64,000 nt of DNA from Ignavibacteria bacterium (GTDB lineage Bacteria; Bacteroidota; Ignavibacteria; UBA10030; SZUA-254), in assembly GCA_031379665.1 (NCBI GenBank), contig JANNFI010000089.1:18170-82169 (forward strand), given 5' to 3'. The first letter of the stretch is position 1. Each line of letters opens with the position of its first letter. Below, in pieces: positions 34,857 to 44,321 of this stretch. The translations under genes and the position numbers were made by a program. A model generated the notes under the pieces. That model saw only the letters and a program-made list of their open reading frames with translations, had not been told where the DNA came from and ran no database searches.

Positions 34857-36815
34857 ATGAACCTCCCGCACAAGCCCCTCCTCCTCTACGACGGACAGTG
34901 CGCATTCTGCCGGATGTGGATCGACCGGTGGAAGGCAATGACGGGCGACCGCGTGGAGTACGCGACCTCCGCCGATTATACCGCTGCGGCGAAGGTCTCA
35001 TCCCCGGCCGGCGCCTCCGCTACCACATCTGCATCTGATAATCCCGCGGTTGGTCCCCGCGTCCCCATACCCCGTGAAGAATTCAAGAAGAGCGTCGTCC
35101 TCATCCTCCCTGACGGGTCCCGCCAGAGCGGGGCGCAGGCGGTGCTCACGGCGATCGGGACATCGCCCGTCGCCTGGATGCTCCTTTTCCTCTATCGAAA
35201 GTTTTCCATTTTTAGGGATGGGGCCGAGGCCGCGTACCGGATCGTCGCCGGACACCGGGAAGAGATGTACCTGTTGACGCGCGTCCTCTGGGGGAAATCT
35301 GTGGTGCCACCCGGCTTCGCGGCCGGTCGCTGGCTGTTCCTGAGGGGAATGGCGCTGGTGTACGGCGTCGCCTTTGCATCACTCGGCTCACAGATCCTTG
35401 GTCTGGTGGGCTCACGGGGCATTTCACCGGCAACGATGTTCCTCGACGCGGTGCACGAACGGATGGGGAGCGCAGGGGCACTCCTCTATCCCACGCTTGC
35501 CTGGCTTGATCCGGGCGACGGCTTCCTCGGCGGCCTCTGCGTCGCGGGAATGGTGGCATCGGGCCTGCTCCTGCTGGGGCTCGCCCCGCGGGTGGCCGCG
35601 TTCGCCTGCTGGGTGCTTTACTTTTCGCTCGTCGTCGTGGGACAGGTCTTCCTCCAGTTCCAGTGGGACGTGTTGTTGCTCGAAGCAGGCTTCCTCACGA
35701 TCTTCTACGCTCCGTCCGGATTCCTCCGCGCGCTCCCCGACGCCGCCGAACCGCCGCGGTTCGTCCGCTGGCTTCTCTGGTTGCTCGTGTTCCGGCTTAT
35801 GTTCATGTCCGGCGTGGTGAAGCTCGCGGCGGGAGACCCGAACTGGTGGAACCTCTCGGCGCTCTCGTTCCACTACCAGACCCAGTGCCTCCCGACCCCC
35901 CTGGCGTGGTACGCCCACCAACTGCCGGCCTGGCTCCACCAGGCGTCTGCGTTCGTGATGTTCACGATCGAGATCGGGGCGCCGCTCCTCCTGTTCACGC
36001 CCAGGCGACTCCGGCACCTCGGGGTATTCCTCCTGCTGGGCCTGCAGGTCCTCATCCTGCTCACCGGAAATTTTGCGTTCTTCAACTGGCTCTCGATCGT
36101 GCTCTGCCTGAGCGTGCTCGACGACGCACTGACGAAAAAACTGATCCCGGGGTTTCTCACCGTGAAGACGGGGAAGCCCGCCATCGCGGGCGACAGCGCG
36201 CTTCGACGACCGGCCGGCTCCGTCCCGCCGACAAGACTCCGGCGCCTGCGAAGCGCCGTCGTCATCGGGGCGTTCTCCCTGATGCTCGCCCTGAATTTCA
36301 ACCAACTCGCAGGCCTCGTGATCCCCCGCTCCTGGTGGCCCGGGACGGTGGCATCGTTGTCGGCTTGGGCCTCCCATTACCACGTCGTGAACGGTTATGG
36401 CCTCTTCCGCGTGATGACGACGAAACGTCCGGAGATCGTGGTCGAGGGGAGTAACGACCGGGCGAACTGGACGCCGTACGAATTCCGCTTCAAGCCGGGC
36501 GACGTCTCGCGGGAACTGCCCTGGGTGGCCCCTCACCAGCCGCGCCTCGATTGGCAGACATGGTTCGCCGCGCTCGGGCGTTACCAGGACAACGGATGGC
36601 TCGTCAATCTTGCTATCAGGCTGATGGAGGCATCGCCCGAGGCGACGGACCTGCTCGTCGCAAACCCGTTTCCGGACCGGCCACCCGCTTTCGTTCGCGC
36701 CCTCCTGTACGAATACAGGTTTTCCACGACCGCCGAACGCGAGGCCACCGGCGCAATCTGGGTGAGAACGCTGAACTCCGTCTACCTCCCGCCGTTTTCA
36801 CTCGACGGGCGATGA
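34857..36815 (+). CDS. DCC-family thiol-disulfide oxidoreductase (DUF393) fused to lipase-maturation-factor-like (LMF/DUF1222) polytopic membrane domain
   Basis: N-terminus LLLYDGQCAFCRMWIDRW matches DCC1-like proteins. The remainder is a multi-TM domain with WYAHQLPAWLHQASAFVMFTIEIGAPLLLF, as in LMF1-like proteins. Confidence 0.65.
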   Translation: MNLPHKPLLLYDGQCAFCRMWIDRWKAMTGDRVEYATSADYTAAAKVSSPAGASATTSASDNPAVGPRVPIPREEFKKSVVLILPDGSRQSGAQAVLTAIGTSPVAWMLLFLYRKFSIFRDGAEAAYRIVAGHREEMYLLTRVLWGKSVVPPGFAAGRWLFLRGMALVYGVAFASLGSQILGLVGSRGISPATMFLDAVHERMGSAGALLYPTLAWLDPGDGFLGGLCVAGMVASGLLLLGLAPRVAAFACWVLYFSLVVVGQVFLQFQWDVLLLEAGFLTIFYAPSGFLRALPDAAEPPRFVRWLLWLLVFRLMFMSGVVKLAAGDPNWWNLSALSFHYQTQCLPTPLAWYAHQLPAWLHQASAFVMFTIEIGAPLLLFTPRRLRHLGVFLLLGLQVLILLTGNFAFFNWLSIVLCLSVLDDALTKKLIPGFLTVKTGKPAIAGDSALRRPAGSVPPTRLRRLRSAVVIGAFSLMLALNFNQLAGLVIPRSWWPGTVASLSAWASHYHVVNGYGLFRVMTTKRPEIVVEGSNDRANWTPYEFRFKPGDVSRELPWVAPHQPRLDWQTWFAALGRYQDNGWLVNLAIRLMEASPEATDLLVANPFPDRPPAFVRALLYEYRFSTTAEREATGAIWVRTLNSVYLPPFSLDGR

Positions 36816-36847
36816 CGGCCGGTGCGTCTCCGCGGGTCGGGGTTGTG

Positions 36848-36882
36848 CCGCGGGACCGGGTTGCGCCCCGCCCGGATTTTTT
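36848..36882 (+). terminator. Candidate rho-independent terminator after the DCC::LMF gene
   Basis: GCCGCGGGACCGGGTTGCGCCCCGCCCGG hairpin followed by T6. Confidence 0.45.
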
Positions 36883-36960
36883 GTAATTTTTCAGATCATC
36901 AACCGCACGCTCCTTCAACTCCATCCATCAACCGGACATTCAACATTCAAGGACATCGCC

Positions 36961-37572
36961 ATGAAACTGACCGCCGTTCTCGCCGCCGCCGCACTCATCG
37001 TCACGACAAGCGCCTTCCCCCAGGATACGCCGCCCCCGCCGCCCCCGGCGATGGACGACGCGATGATGAAATTCATCGAAGCGGCGTCACCCAACGACAA
37101 CCACAAGAAGATCGAGGCCTTCGCCGGTACGTGGGACACCGAGACGTCGTTCTGGACGGAGGGTCCGGACAAACCCCCGATGGTCAGCAAGGGGACGGCG
37201 AGGAACACCCCGGCGTTCGGCGGCCGGTTCCTCAAACAGGATTTCAAGGGATATTTCATGGGGATGCCGATGGACGGGCTCGGGTTCACCGGATACGATA
37301 ACATGAAAAAACATTACACGATGTTCTGGATGGACAACACCTCGACAGCCATGTTCCTCGGTACCGGGACCTTCGACGCGACAGGCACGGCCCTGACGAT
37401 AACAGGGAAGACAGACGATCCAATGACCGGACAGATGGACAAGACGGCAAAATTCATCGTCCGGCTGACCGGCAAGGACCGATATGTGTTTGAAATGTAC
37501 GAGGTGTCGGAGAAAGTCCCGGACATCAAGGTCGGGGAGATCGTCTACACGAGGGCACAGGAACACCATTAA
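36961..37572 (+). CDS. DUF1579-like secreted protein, hypothetical
   Basis: Signal peptide MKLTAVLAAAALIVTTSAFPQ. Family resemblance is by eye. Confidence 0.5.
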   Translation: MKLTAVLAAAALIVTTSAFPQDTPPPPPPAMDDAMMKFIEAASPNDNHKKIEAFAGTWDTETSFWTEGPDKPPMVSKGTARNTPAFGGRFLKQDFKGYFMGMPMDGLGFTGYDNMKKHYTMFWMDNTSTAMFLGTGTFDATGTALTITGKTDDPMTGQMDKTAKFIVRLTGKDRYVFEMYEVSEKVPDIKVGEIVYTRAQEHH

Positions 37573-37599
37573 CTTCCCGCGCCCCCAACGAGCCCCCCG

Positions 37600-38547
37600 A
37601 TGAACGCGGACCCCACCCTCACCGGAATTGCATCGGCCGGGGAACAGAAGTTCGCGATGCGGATTTCGCTGGCCGTCGGGGTACTGATGCTCCTCGGGAA
37701 GTCGTACGCCTACCTCATCACCAATTCCGCCGCCATCCTCTCGGACGCGGCGGAATCGGTCGTTCACGTACTGGCCGTCGGTTTCGCGGCCTTCAGCCTC
37801 TGGCTCAGCTTCAAGCCCGCCGACAGCGATCACCCCTACGGACACGACAAGGTCAGCTTCTTCTCGGCGGGGATCGAGGGCGGGCTGATCGTCGTCGCGG
37901 CCCTCTTCATCATCTTCGAATCGGTCGCCAAGTGGGCGCAAGGCCTTCGGATCGAAAACCTCGACGATGGTACCGTGATCGTCGCGGCCGCCTCAGCGGT
38001 GAACGCCGTGCTCGGCTTCTATCTCGTCTGGAAGGGTAAGCGGCACGGTTCCCTCATCCTCGTCGCCAACGGCAGGCACGTCCTGACGGATTCCTGGACC
38101 AGCTTCGGCATCGTGGGAGGCCTGGGGCTGGTTCTCCTGACCGACCGGCTGGAGTTCGACCCGATCCTCGCGATCGCCGTGGCGCTGAACATTCTCTGGT
38201 CGGGGGGGAAACTGATCCGCATCTCGATCGGAGGACTGATGGATGAGGTGGACCCGGACGTGGACCGGGACGTCCACGCGATCCTCGACGCCGAGACGAA
38301 GGCCCGATCGCTGAAGTACCACGAGTTGCGGCACCGGAGGAGCGGCAACGCCGTCTGGATCGATTTCCACCTTCTCTTCCCTTCGGGGACGAGCCTCGAG
38401 GATGCGCACGCCCAAACCACGGAGATCGAGGCGATCCTCCTCCGGGGCCTGAAAGTACCCTGCACCGTGACCACCCACATGGAACCGATCGAGGACCACG
38501 AGGGGACGCACAGGATTCTCAATCCCTCCCGCCCCCCATCCCCCTGA
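37600..38547 (+). CDS. Cation diffusion facilitator (CDF) family metal efflux transporter
   Basis: HVLAVGFAAFSLWLSFKPADSDHPYGHDKV is the CDF signature. Six TM helices plus a C-terminal cytoplasmic domain. Confidence 0.85.
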   Translation: MNADPTLTGIASAGEQKFAMRISLAVGVLMLLGKSYAYLITNSAAILSDAAESVVHVLAVGFAAFSLWLSFKPADSDHPYGHDKVSFFSAGIEGGLIVVAALFIIFESVAKWAQGLRIENLDDGTVIVAAASAVNAVLGFYLVWKGKRHGSLILVANGRHVLTDSWTSFGIVGGLGLVLLTDRLEFDPILAIAVALNILWSGGKLIRISIGGLMDEVDPDVDRDVHAILDAETKARSLKYHELRHRRSGNAVWIDFHLLFPSGTSLEDAHAQTTEIEAILLRGLKVPCTVTTHMEPIEDHEGTHRILNPSRPPSP

Positions 38548-38549
38548 CG

Positions 38550-39161
38550 ATGTCCCCTGAGCCGAAGCGTTGCGGCTGGGCCGGCACGGACCCGCTCTAC
38601 GTTCGATACCACGATAACGAGTGGGGCATCCCGCTCCACGACGACCGGCGGTTGTTCGAGATGCTCTGCCTCGAAGGCGCGCAGGCCGGCCTCAGCTGGA
38701 TCACGATCCTGAGGAAGAGGGAGAACTACCGAAAGGCGTTCGACGATTTCAACCCGAAGAAAATCGCGAGGTACGACCGGCGGAAGATCGAACGATTGCT
38801 GAAGGACGAGGGGATCGTGCGGAACAGGCTCAAGGTGGAGGGGGCCGTGAAGAACGCTCTCGCGTACCTGCGCGTCGTGGAGGAATTCGGTTCCTTCGAC
38901 CGCTACATCTGGGGGTTCACACTCGGGAGGCCGATTGTCAACCGGCGCCGGACGATGAAGAACGTCCCCGCCGCGACGCCGGAGTCCGGGGCGATGAGCA
39001 AGGACCTGAAGAAGCGGGGGTTCACGTTCGTCGGTCCGACCATCTGTTACGCGTTCATGCAGGCCTGCGGGATGGTCGATGACCATCTCGTCTCCTGCTT
39101 CCGGTACAAGGCACGCCCGGGCGCGGTACGACAGGTCCCCGGGGCGGCAGGGTTCCGTTAA
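38550..39161 (+). CDS. tag: DNA-3-methyladenine glycosylase I
   Basis: KRCGWAGTDPLYVRYHDNEWGIPLHDDRRLFEMLCLEGAQAGLSWITIL is the canonical Tag N-terminus. Confidence 0.9.
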   Translation: MSPEPKRCGWAGTDPLYVRYHDNEWGIPLHDDRRLFEMLCLEGAQAGLSWITILRKRENYRKAFDDFNPKKIARYDRRKIERLLKDEGIVRNRLKVEGAVKNALAYLRVVEEFGSFDRYIWGFTLGRPIVNRRRTMKNVPAATPESGAMSKDLKKRGFTFVGPTICYAFMQACGMVDDHLVSCFRYKARPGAVRQVPGAAGFR

Positions 39162-39169
39162 GCGGAGCG

Positions 39170-39205
39170 GTGCCTCCCCCCGTCCCCGACGGGTCACCGC
39201 CTCAG
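39170..39205. terminator. Possible bidirectional hairpin between convergent tag and ybgA-like genes
   Basis: GCGGTG...CACCGC stem enclosing CCGTCcccGACGG. No flanking T-runs. Confidence 0.25.
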
Positions 39206-40164
39206 ACGTGGTTGCGGAGCATCAGCTCCTTCGGGTGTGGATTGAGGTAGACCTGGTCCCGGATGTACTCAATCGAATGCGCCCTGACGTAGTGGCGCAG
39301 GAGCGTCACCGGAACGACCAGCGGTACGAACCCCTTCCGGTAATCCTCGATCACCCCGAGAATTTCCTTCTTCTCCCCCGCCGGGACCGCGTCCGGCAGA
39401 TAGCCTATGATGTGCTGGAGCACGTTGACGTTATTTTTGACCGTGCTCTTCACCTTCAGGCACTCCATGAAGAGTGTGGTATATTTTTCCTTCAGTTCGG
39501 CGACCGGCATCTTCTTCGCGTTGGCGACGAGCGGACCAAGTTCACGGTAATGCCTGGGGCTGTGCGCGAGGAGCAGGTATTTTTCCGCGGTGTGGAATTC
39601 GACCAGTTTCCTGAGGGAGAATTTTCCGACCATCAATTTTGACAGCCGGTGGTACGCGAAGACCCTCACGATGAAATTGTCCCTCAGGTGCGGATCGTTG
39701 AGCCTCCCTTCCTCCTCGACCGGGATGAGAGGATGGCCCTTGATCAGGACACGGGCGAAGAGACCGATTCCATCCTTTTCCGCCATCCCCTTCGGATTGT
39801 AGACCTTTACCCGCTCCATCCCGCACGACGGCGACTTGCTCTTCAGGACATACCCGGAGAGGTTCATCTTTCCGAGCTGGGCCACGCGGCGCGCGGAGTA
39901 GGCGAGCATCCTCTCCGTCCAGTCCTCGGCCGAATCGATGCCGACCATTTTCGGGGCGGACGACGGCCCGACCAGCCGCACCGCTTCCCTCGGCACGCCC
40001 ATACCCACTTCGAGCTCCGGGCAGACGGAGACCCACTCGACGTACGGGCCGAAGACGTCGGTGAGAAAATGGTCGTGCTTGTGGCCGCCGTCGTAGCGTA
40101 CGTTCTCGCCGAGGAGGCAGGTGCTGATGCCGATCCGGATTTGTTCTTTCATCTCTTCAGACAT
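39202..40164 (-). CDS. DUF523/DUF1722 (YbgA-like) protein
   Basis: IGISTCLLGENVRYDGGHK matches DUF523. The C-terminal half resembles YbgA/DUF1722. Confidence 0.7.
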   Translation of the reverse strand: MSEEMKEQIRIGISTCLLGENVRYDGGHKHDHFLTDVFGPYVEWVSVCPELEVGMGVPREAVRLVGPSSAPKMVGIDSAEDWTERMLAYSARRVAQLGKMNLSGYVLKSKSPSCGMERVKVYNPKGMAEKDGIGLFARVLIKGHPLIPVEEEGRLNDPHLRDNFIVRVFAYHRLSKLMVGKFSLRKLVEFHTAEKYLLLAHSPRHYRELGPLVANAKKMPVAELKEKYTTLFMECLKVKSTVKNNVNVLQHIIGYLPDAVPAGEKKEILGVIEDYRKGFVPLVVPVTLLRHYVRAHSIEYIRDQVYLNPHPKELMLRNHV

Positions 40165-40167
40165 TCT

Positions 40168-41085
40168 TCAGGTATTTTTCAGGGCATCATCGAGGGCGTT
40201 TGGTAATTCAGGATACCGGAAGCCGTACCCGGCCTTCAACAGGGCCGACGGGACCACCTTCTGCCCGCCCAGGACCATGTCCGCCAGCTCGCCGAGGAGC
40301 AATCGGACAACGAACCCCGGGACCGGCGCCCACGAAGGCCGTCCCAGCGCGGCGCCCAGCGCGGCGCAGAATTCCCGCATCCGCGCCTGTTGGGGCGCGA
40401 CGACGTTCACCGGTCCGCGCAATTGTTCCGCGGTCAGGGCGTAGCGCGCGACGCCGGTGACGTCCGAGACGTGCACCCAGGGGAGCCATTGCTTCCCCGT
40501 GCCGATGGGTCCGCCGACGAACATCCGGAACGGCAGCGCCATCTTACCGAGAGCGCTCCCCTTCCCGCCGACCACGAACCCGATGCGCAGCGCCACGACA
40601 CGGACGCCGAGCGTCCCCGCTTTGTTCGCCGCGCTCTCCCACTCCGCGCAGAGGGACGCAAGGAACCCTTCGCCGGCAGGACGGCCTTCCGGCACGTCAC
40701 CTTCGTCAACGTTCCCATAGTAGCCGACGGCCGACGCGTTTACCAGCACACGCGGCTTCGATGCCGCCTTCGCGATCGCCCCAACGATCGCCGCCGTCGG
40801 CCCGACACGGCTCGAGACCAGCGATTTCTTCCGTGTTTCGTTCCATCGTCCGTTCGCGATCGACTCGCCGGCAAGGTTGATGACGGCATCCGCCCCGTCC
40901 ACGAGGCTCAGGAGCGGGCCGGCGTCACGGCCGTCCCACGTCACGTACCTGACGTTCTTCGCCGGGAAAAACCCTGAATGGTCCTTCCTTCTCGTCAGGG
41001 AGACGATGTCGTGGCCTTCAAGGGCCAGTTCCTTCGTCAGCCGGCCTCCGATAAATCCGGTGCATCCGCACAAGAGGATCTTCAT
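40168..41085 (-). CDS. TIGR01777 (YfcH-like) NAD-dependent epimerase/dehydratase family protein
   Basis: MKILLCGCTGFIGGRL Rossmann motif plus a DUF1731-like C-terminus. Confidence 0.8.
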   Translation of the reverse strand: MKILLCGCTGFIGGRLTKELALEGHDIVSLTRRKDHSGFFPAKNVRYVTWDGRDAGPLLSLVDGADAVINLAGESIANGRWNETRKKSLVSSRVGPTAAIVGAIAKAASKPRVLVNASAVGYYGNVDEGDVPEGRPAGEGFLASLCAEWESAANKAGTLGVRVVALRIGFVVGGKGSALGKMALPFRMFVGGPIGTGKQWLPWVHVSDVTGVARYALTAEQLRGPVNVVAPQQARMREFCAALGAALGRPSWAPVPGFVVRLLLGELADMVLGGQKVVPSALLKAGYGFRYPELPNALDDALKNT

Positions 41086-41597
41086 CGCGAGCGCCTCCCC
41101 CCGGCCAATTCCGTTTTTGCATCGACCGCGACGGCCTGTCCCCCCTCCTGGAATATTCCAACGATCACCCGCGCCCTGAAGTCGAAAACCTCTTCAAGCT
41201 GATCTCTGACCGTCAGAGAATGGACGAATCGACCGACCGGCCCGAAGGGGAGCGCGTACCGGATCTCGTCCCGCACGAGGGTCCCGCCCGGCGCGGATTC
41301 AAAGACGTGCGTGTGGTGCCAGAACGAGTAGGGCCCCTTCAATTGTTCGTCGACGAAGGACCGCCCCGGTTCGTAGGCCGTGATGAGCGTCGTCCACCGC
41401 ACCCTGATCCCGAGGAGGCGGATCGTGTAATCGATCAGCGCGCCCGGTTTCATTTCGATCGGTGAGGGCGTGAGGATGACGAAACCCAGGCCGGGAGGGG
41501 TCAGCTTCGAGAGGTTTTCGGGCCGCGAAAAGAAGTCGAACACCGTTTCGAGGGGCGCCGGCACGAACTGTTCCTTCTTGAGGGTATGGATGGTCAT
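41082..41597 (-). CDS. SRPBCC (START/Bet v1-like, polyketide cyclase/dehydrase-type) protein
   Basis: 171 aa. Fold-family similarity by eye. Overlaps the downstream gene start. Confidence 0.55.
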   Translation of the reverse strand: MTIHTLKKEQFVPAPLETVFDFFSRPENLSKLTPPGLGFVILTPSPIEMKPGALIDYTIRLLGIRVRWTTLITAYEPGRSFVDEQLKGPYSFWHHTHVFESAPGGTLVRDEIRYALPFGPVGRFVHSLTVRDQLEEVFDFRARVIVGIFQEGGQAVAVDAKTELAGGRRSR

Positions 41598-41625
41598 CGC
41601 CTGAATGTTGGAATAATTTCACAAA

Positions 41626-41668
41626 TAAAAAAACCGGCCCCCGGCGGAACGCTCCTCCGGAAGCCGGC
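41626..41668 (-). terminator. Rho-independent terminator after the 41689-42195 OMP gene
   Basis: On the minus strand a GC-rich hairpin (GCCGGC...GGGGGCCGG) is followed by T7, about 20 nt past the stop. Confidence 0.55.
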
Positions 41669-41688
41669 TGTCTCGGTCCGCCAGTGCG

Positions 41689-42195
41689 TCAGTCGAAGTA
41701 AAAATGGAACCCGACGTTCTCGAACGAGAGAGCGCGAAGTGCCGTGATGCCCCAGTCATCCGAACCTGAGATCTGGTAGACCTGCAGGCCGTGTCCGACG
41801 CTGAGCGAGAACTGCTCGGATACGAACCATTCGGCGCCAAGGTCGGCGGTGATGTAGGTCGTGCCGGTCAGTTCGCCCGCCGCATCGTTGCGCGAGTTGG
41901 TCTGGAATTCCACGCCGGGACGGATGAAGAAGTTCACCTTTTCGGTCGTGACGACGTTGACCGGGAACCCGACGTTGATGTGGACCCTGGAGTCCGACGT
42001 GCCGAGCGCCTTGTCGTTGGCGAAGCCGAGGCCGAGGTCGAGCCCGATCTGCGGCGAGAGCCATACCCTGCCACCGATCGGTGCAGTAGACGAGTACCAG
42101 CCGAGGCCGAAGGTCCCGGGTTTCGGCTCGCCGGCGAACACGGACGGGACCGCGGTGAACAGGAGGAGCATTGAAAGGACGATGGAGCGTTTCAT
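41689..42195 (-). CDS. Outer-membrane beta-barrel protein (porin-family small barrel)
   Basis: Signal peptide MKRSIVLSMLLLFTAVPSVFA, alternating beta-strand pattern, and C-terminal ...FHFYFD ending in aromatic residues. Confidence 0.7.
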   Translation of the reverse strand: MKRSIVLSMLLLFTAVPSVFAGEPKPGTFGLGWYSSTAPIGGRVWLSPQIGLDLGLGFANDKALGTSDSRVHINVGFPVNVVTTEKVNFFIRPGVEFQTNSRNDAAGELTGTTYITADLGAEWFVSEQFSLSVGHGLQVYQISGSDDWGITALRALSFENVGFHFYFD

Positions 42196-42276
42196 GGTAA
42201 TATTCCTTGTTTATCGTTTATGGTTGATGGTTTGTTGTTCGATACTGTTACGTTTGACTATTCAATTTTTCGTCGC

Positions 42277-43749
42277 TCACCCGGCCAGCGCCGCGACAAT
42301 ACTTTCCCTCACCAAGTTCTTCGTTTTCGCACCCGGCCTGTACCGTCCGAGGGCATTTTTCCTCTCCTCGGAGTGGTCAACGACTGGCGAGGGATAGTCC
42401 CGGCCAATCCGCACCCCGGATTCCCGCGCCGCCGATTCAGGCATCTCCCACGGGGCGTGTACGTATCGCGCCGGGACCCCCGAGAGTTCGGGAACATATT
42501 TTTTTACGTATGCTCCCTCGGGATCGAATTTCCTTCCCTGCAGGACCGGGTTGAAGATCCTGTACCAGGGCTGGGCGTCGGTGCCGGTGCCGGCGCACCA
42601 CTGCCAACCGCCGTTGTTCAGCGCGAGGTCCCCGTCGACCAGCCATTCCATGAAGTGGCGCTCCCCCATCCGCCAGTCCACGTGCAGGTCCTTCGTGAGG
42701 AAACTCGCCACGATCATCCGGCCACGGTTGTGCATCCACCCTTCCGTCCTGAGCTGGCGCATCGCCGCGTCGACGATCGGGTAACCGGTGATCCCGTCGC
42801 GCCACGCGTTGAAAAGGCCGACGTTCGTCCTCCAGGGGATCTCGTCCAGTTTCCTTTTGAAAGATTTTCCGTCGACGTGCGGATAGTTCGCCAGGATCTG
42901 CTTGTAGAACTCCCTCCAGATGACCTGGTTCAGGAAGGTGTTGAGTCCTTCCAGACCGTCGACATCGGCGCCCTCCCGGTTTTCAAGATGCGCGACGATG
43001 GATTTGTACGCCCTCCTCACGCTCAGCGAACCGAGGGCGAAGTGGTGCGAGAGACGCGACGTTCCGTCCCCGGCCATCATGTCGCGATTCGCCCTGTATG
43101 CCCCCGCGCGATTCGTCAGGAAGCTGTTGAGTGTCACCAGTGCGGATGCTTCTCCAGCCTCCGGCACGGTCAGCTTCGGCGAGAGTCCGAGTTCGTGGAG
43201 TTGCGGTATTTCCCCCGGATCGATGGACGGACTCTCCAGCTCGCGCAGCGTGGGAAGGGGAGGAGCAATGTCGTCGCGCCGGCCGAGCCAGGCCCTTCGG
43301 TACGCGGTGTACACTTTGAACGGCTCACCTGATGAATTCAGCAGTTCTGACTTTTCGAAGATCACATCGTCCTTGAACTCGCGGAAGATTCTCCCCTCGG
43401 CTTCGAGAGCGGCCCTGAGTCGCGCGTCCGATTTCACGATCTCCGGCTCGTACGACCTGGTGAGGTAGAGGCCGGCTGAGGCCGTTTCCCGCGCCAGCCG
43501 GACGAGGACTTCGTGCGGTTCCCCGCTCCGGACGAAGAGATTGCCGCCGAGTTTATTCAGTTCGTCGCGCAGGAGACGCAGCGACTTGAGGATGACGACC
43601 TGCTTTGCAGGAGCGGACGAAAGAAAAGCCCTGTCAAGTATGTAGAGAGGGAGTACCGAAGAGGAGTCCTGGGTGGCCGACCAGAGCGCAAGGTGGTCCT
43701 GTACGCGAAGCTCGCGCCTGATCCAGACAATAAGCCTGGCCTTGCCCAT
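42277..43749 (-). CDS. phr: Deoxyribodipyrimidine photolyase/cryptochrome family protein
   Basis: FAD-binding C-terminal domain motifs (WREFY, GWMHNRGRMIVASFL, DGDLALNNGGWQW). The ATG at 43749 (MGKARLIVWIRREL) is preferred. Confidence 0.9.
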   Translation of the reverse strand: MGKARLIVWIRRELRVQDHLALWSATQDSSSVLPLYILDRAFLSSAPAKQVVILKSLRLLRDELNKLGGNLFVRSGEPHEVLVRLARETASAGLYLTRSYEPEIVKSDARLRAALEAEGRIFREFKDDVIFEKSELLNSSGEPFKVYTAYRRAWLGRRDDIAPPLPTLRELESPSIDPGEIPQLHELGLSPKLTVPEAGEASALVTLNSFLTNRAGAYRANRDMMAGDGTSRLSHHFALGSLSVRRAYKSIVAHLENREGADVDGLEGLNTFLNQVIWREFYKQILANYPHVDGKSFKRKLDEIPWRTNVGLFNAWRDGITGYPIVDAAMRQLRTEGWMHNRGRMIVASFLTKDLHVDWRMGERHFMEWLVDGDLALNNGGWQWCAGTGTDAQPWYRIFNPVLQGRKFDPEGAYVKKYVPELSGVPARYVHAPWEMPESAARESGVRIGRDYPSPVVDHSEERKNALGRYRPGAKTKNLVRESIVAALAG

Positions 43750-44321
43750 TCTTATGACGGGACTTTTTCCGGGTAGTATCACGGACGTCGCGCCACCGGC
43801 TGACGTAGAATTTTGACCTCTGGAACGCATCTAAGTGATATAGACGTAATGTATGTTTTGGACGATTTAATATAAGGAAGGTAATTCACATTGTCAAGGA
43901 AAAAGTGACGATGAGTGACTATAATTCTTTTAACTCCTTATATTATATCATTTTATCGACCACTCATGATCGACCGCGCATCCTCCGGCATCACCCTGCC
44001 TTCTGAGCAAAACCCCGCGTCCAGGGCAAAACTCTGGGGCACGTCGAACCCTGCATTTTGGTACATTGTTGTTCGAGTTCGTCGTGAAAAATCCCGGTCA
44101 TCGTGATCCACGCCCCCGGCATAGAAGCCGTGACAGCGGCCGGGAGTTACAGGGAAAAACATTCGGTCGATAATCCCAACCTGAGCATCATCCGGGACCT
44201 GGAAAACGCGGTGGCATAGTTCATCGTCTACCGTCAGGCCATGGCATATTTTGACGTCGCTCGCTGTCGCACGGATAATTTCGATACCATCTCCAACGGA
44301 AAAATGACAACGGTAACTCAT

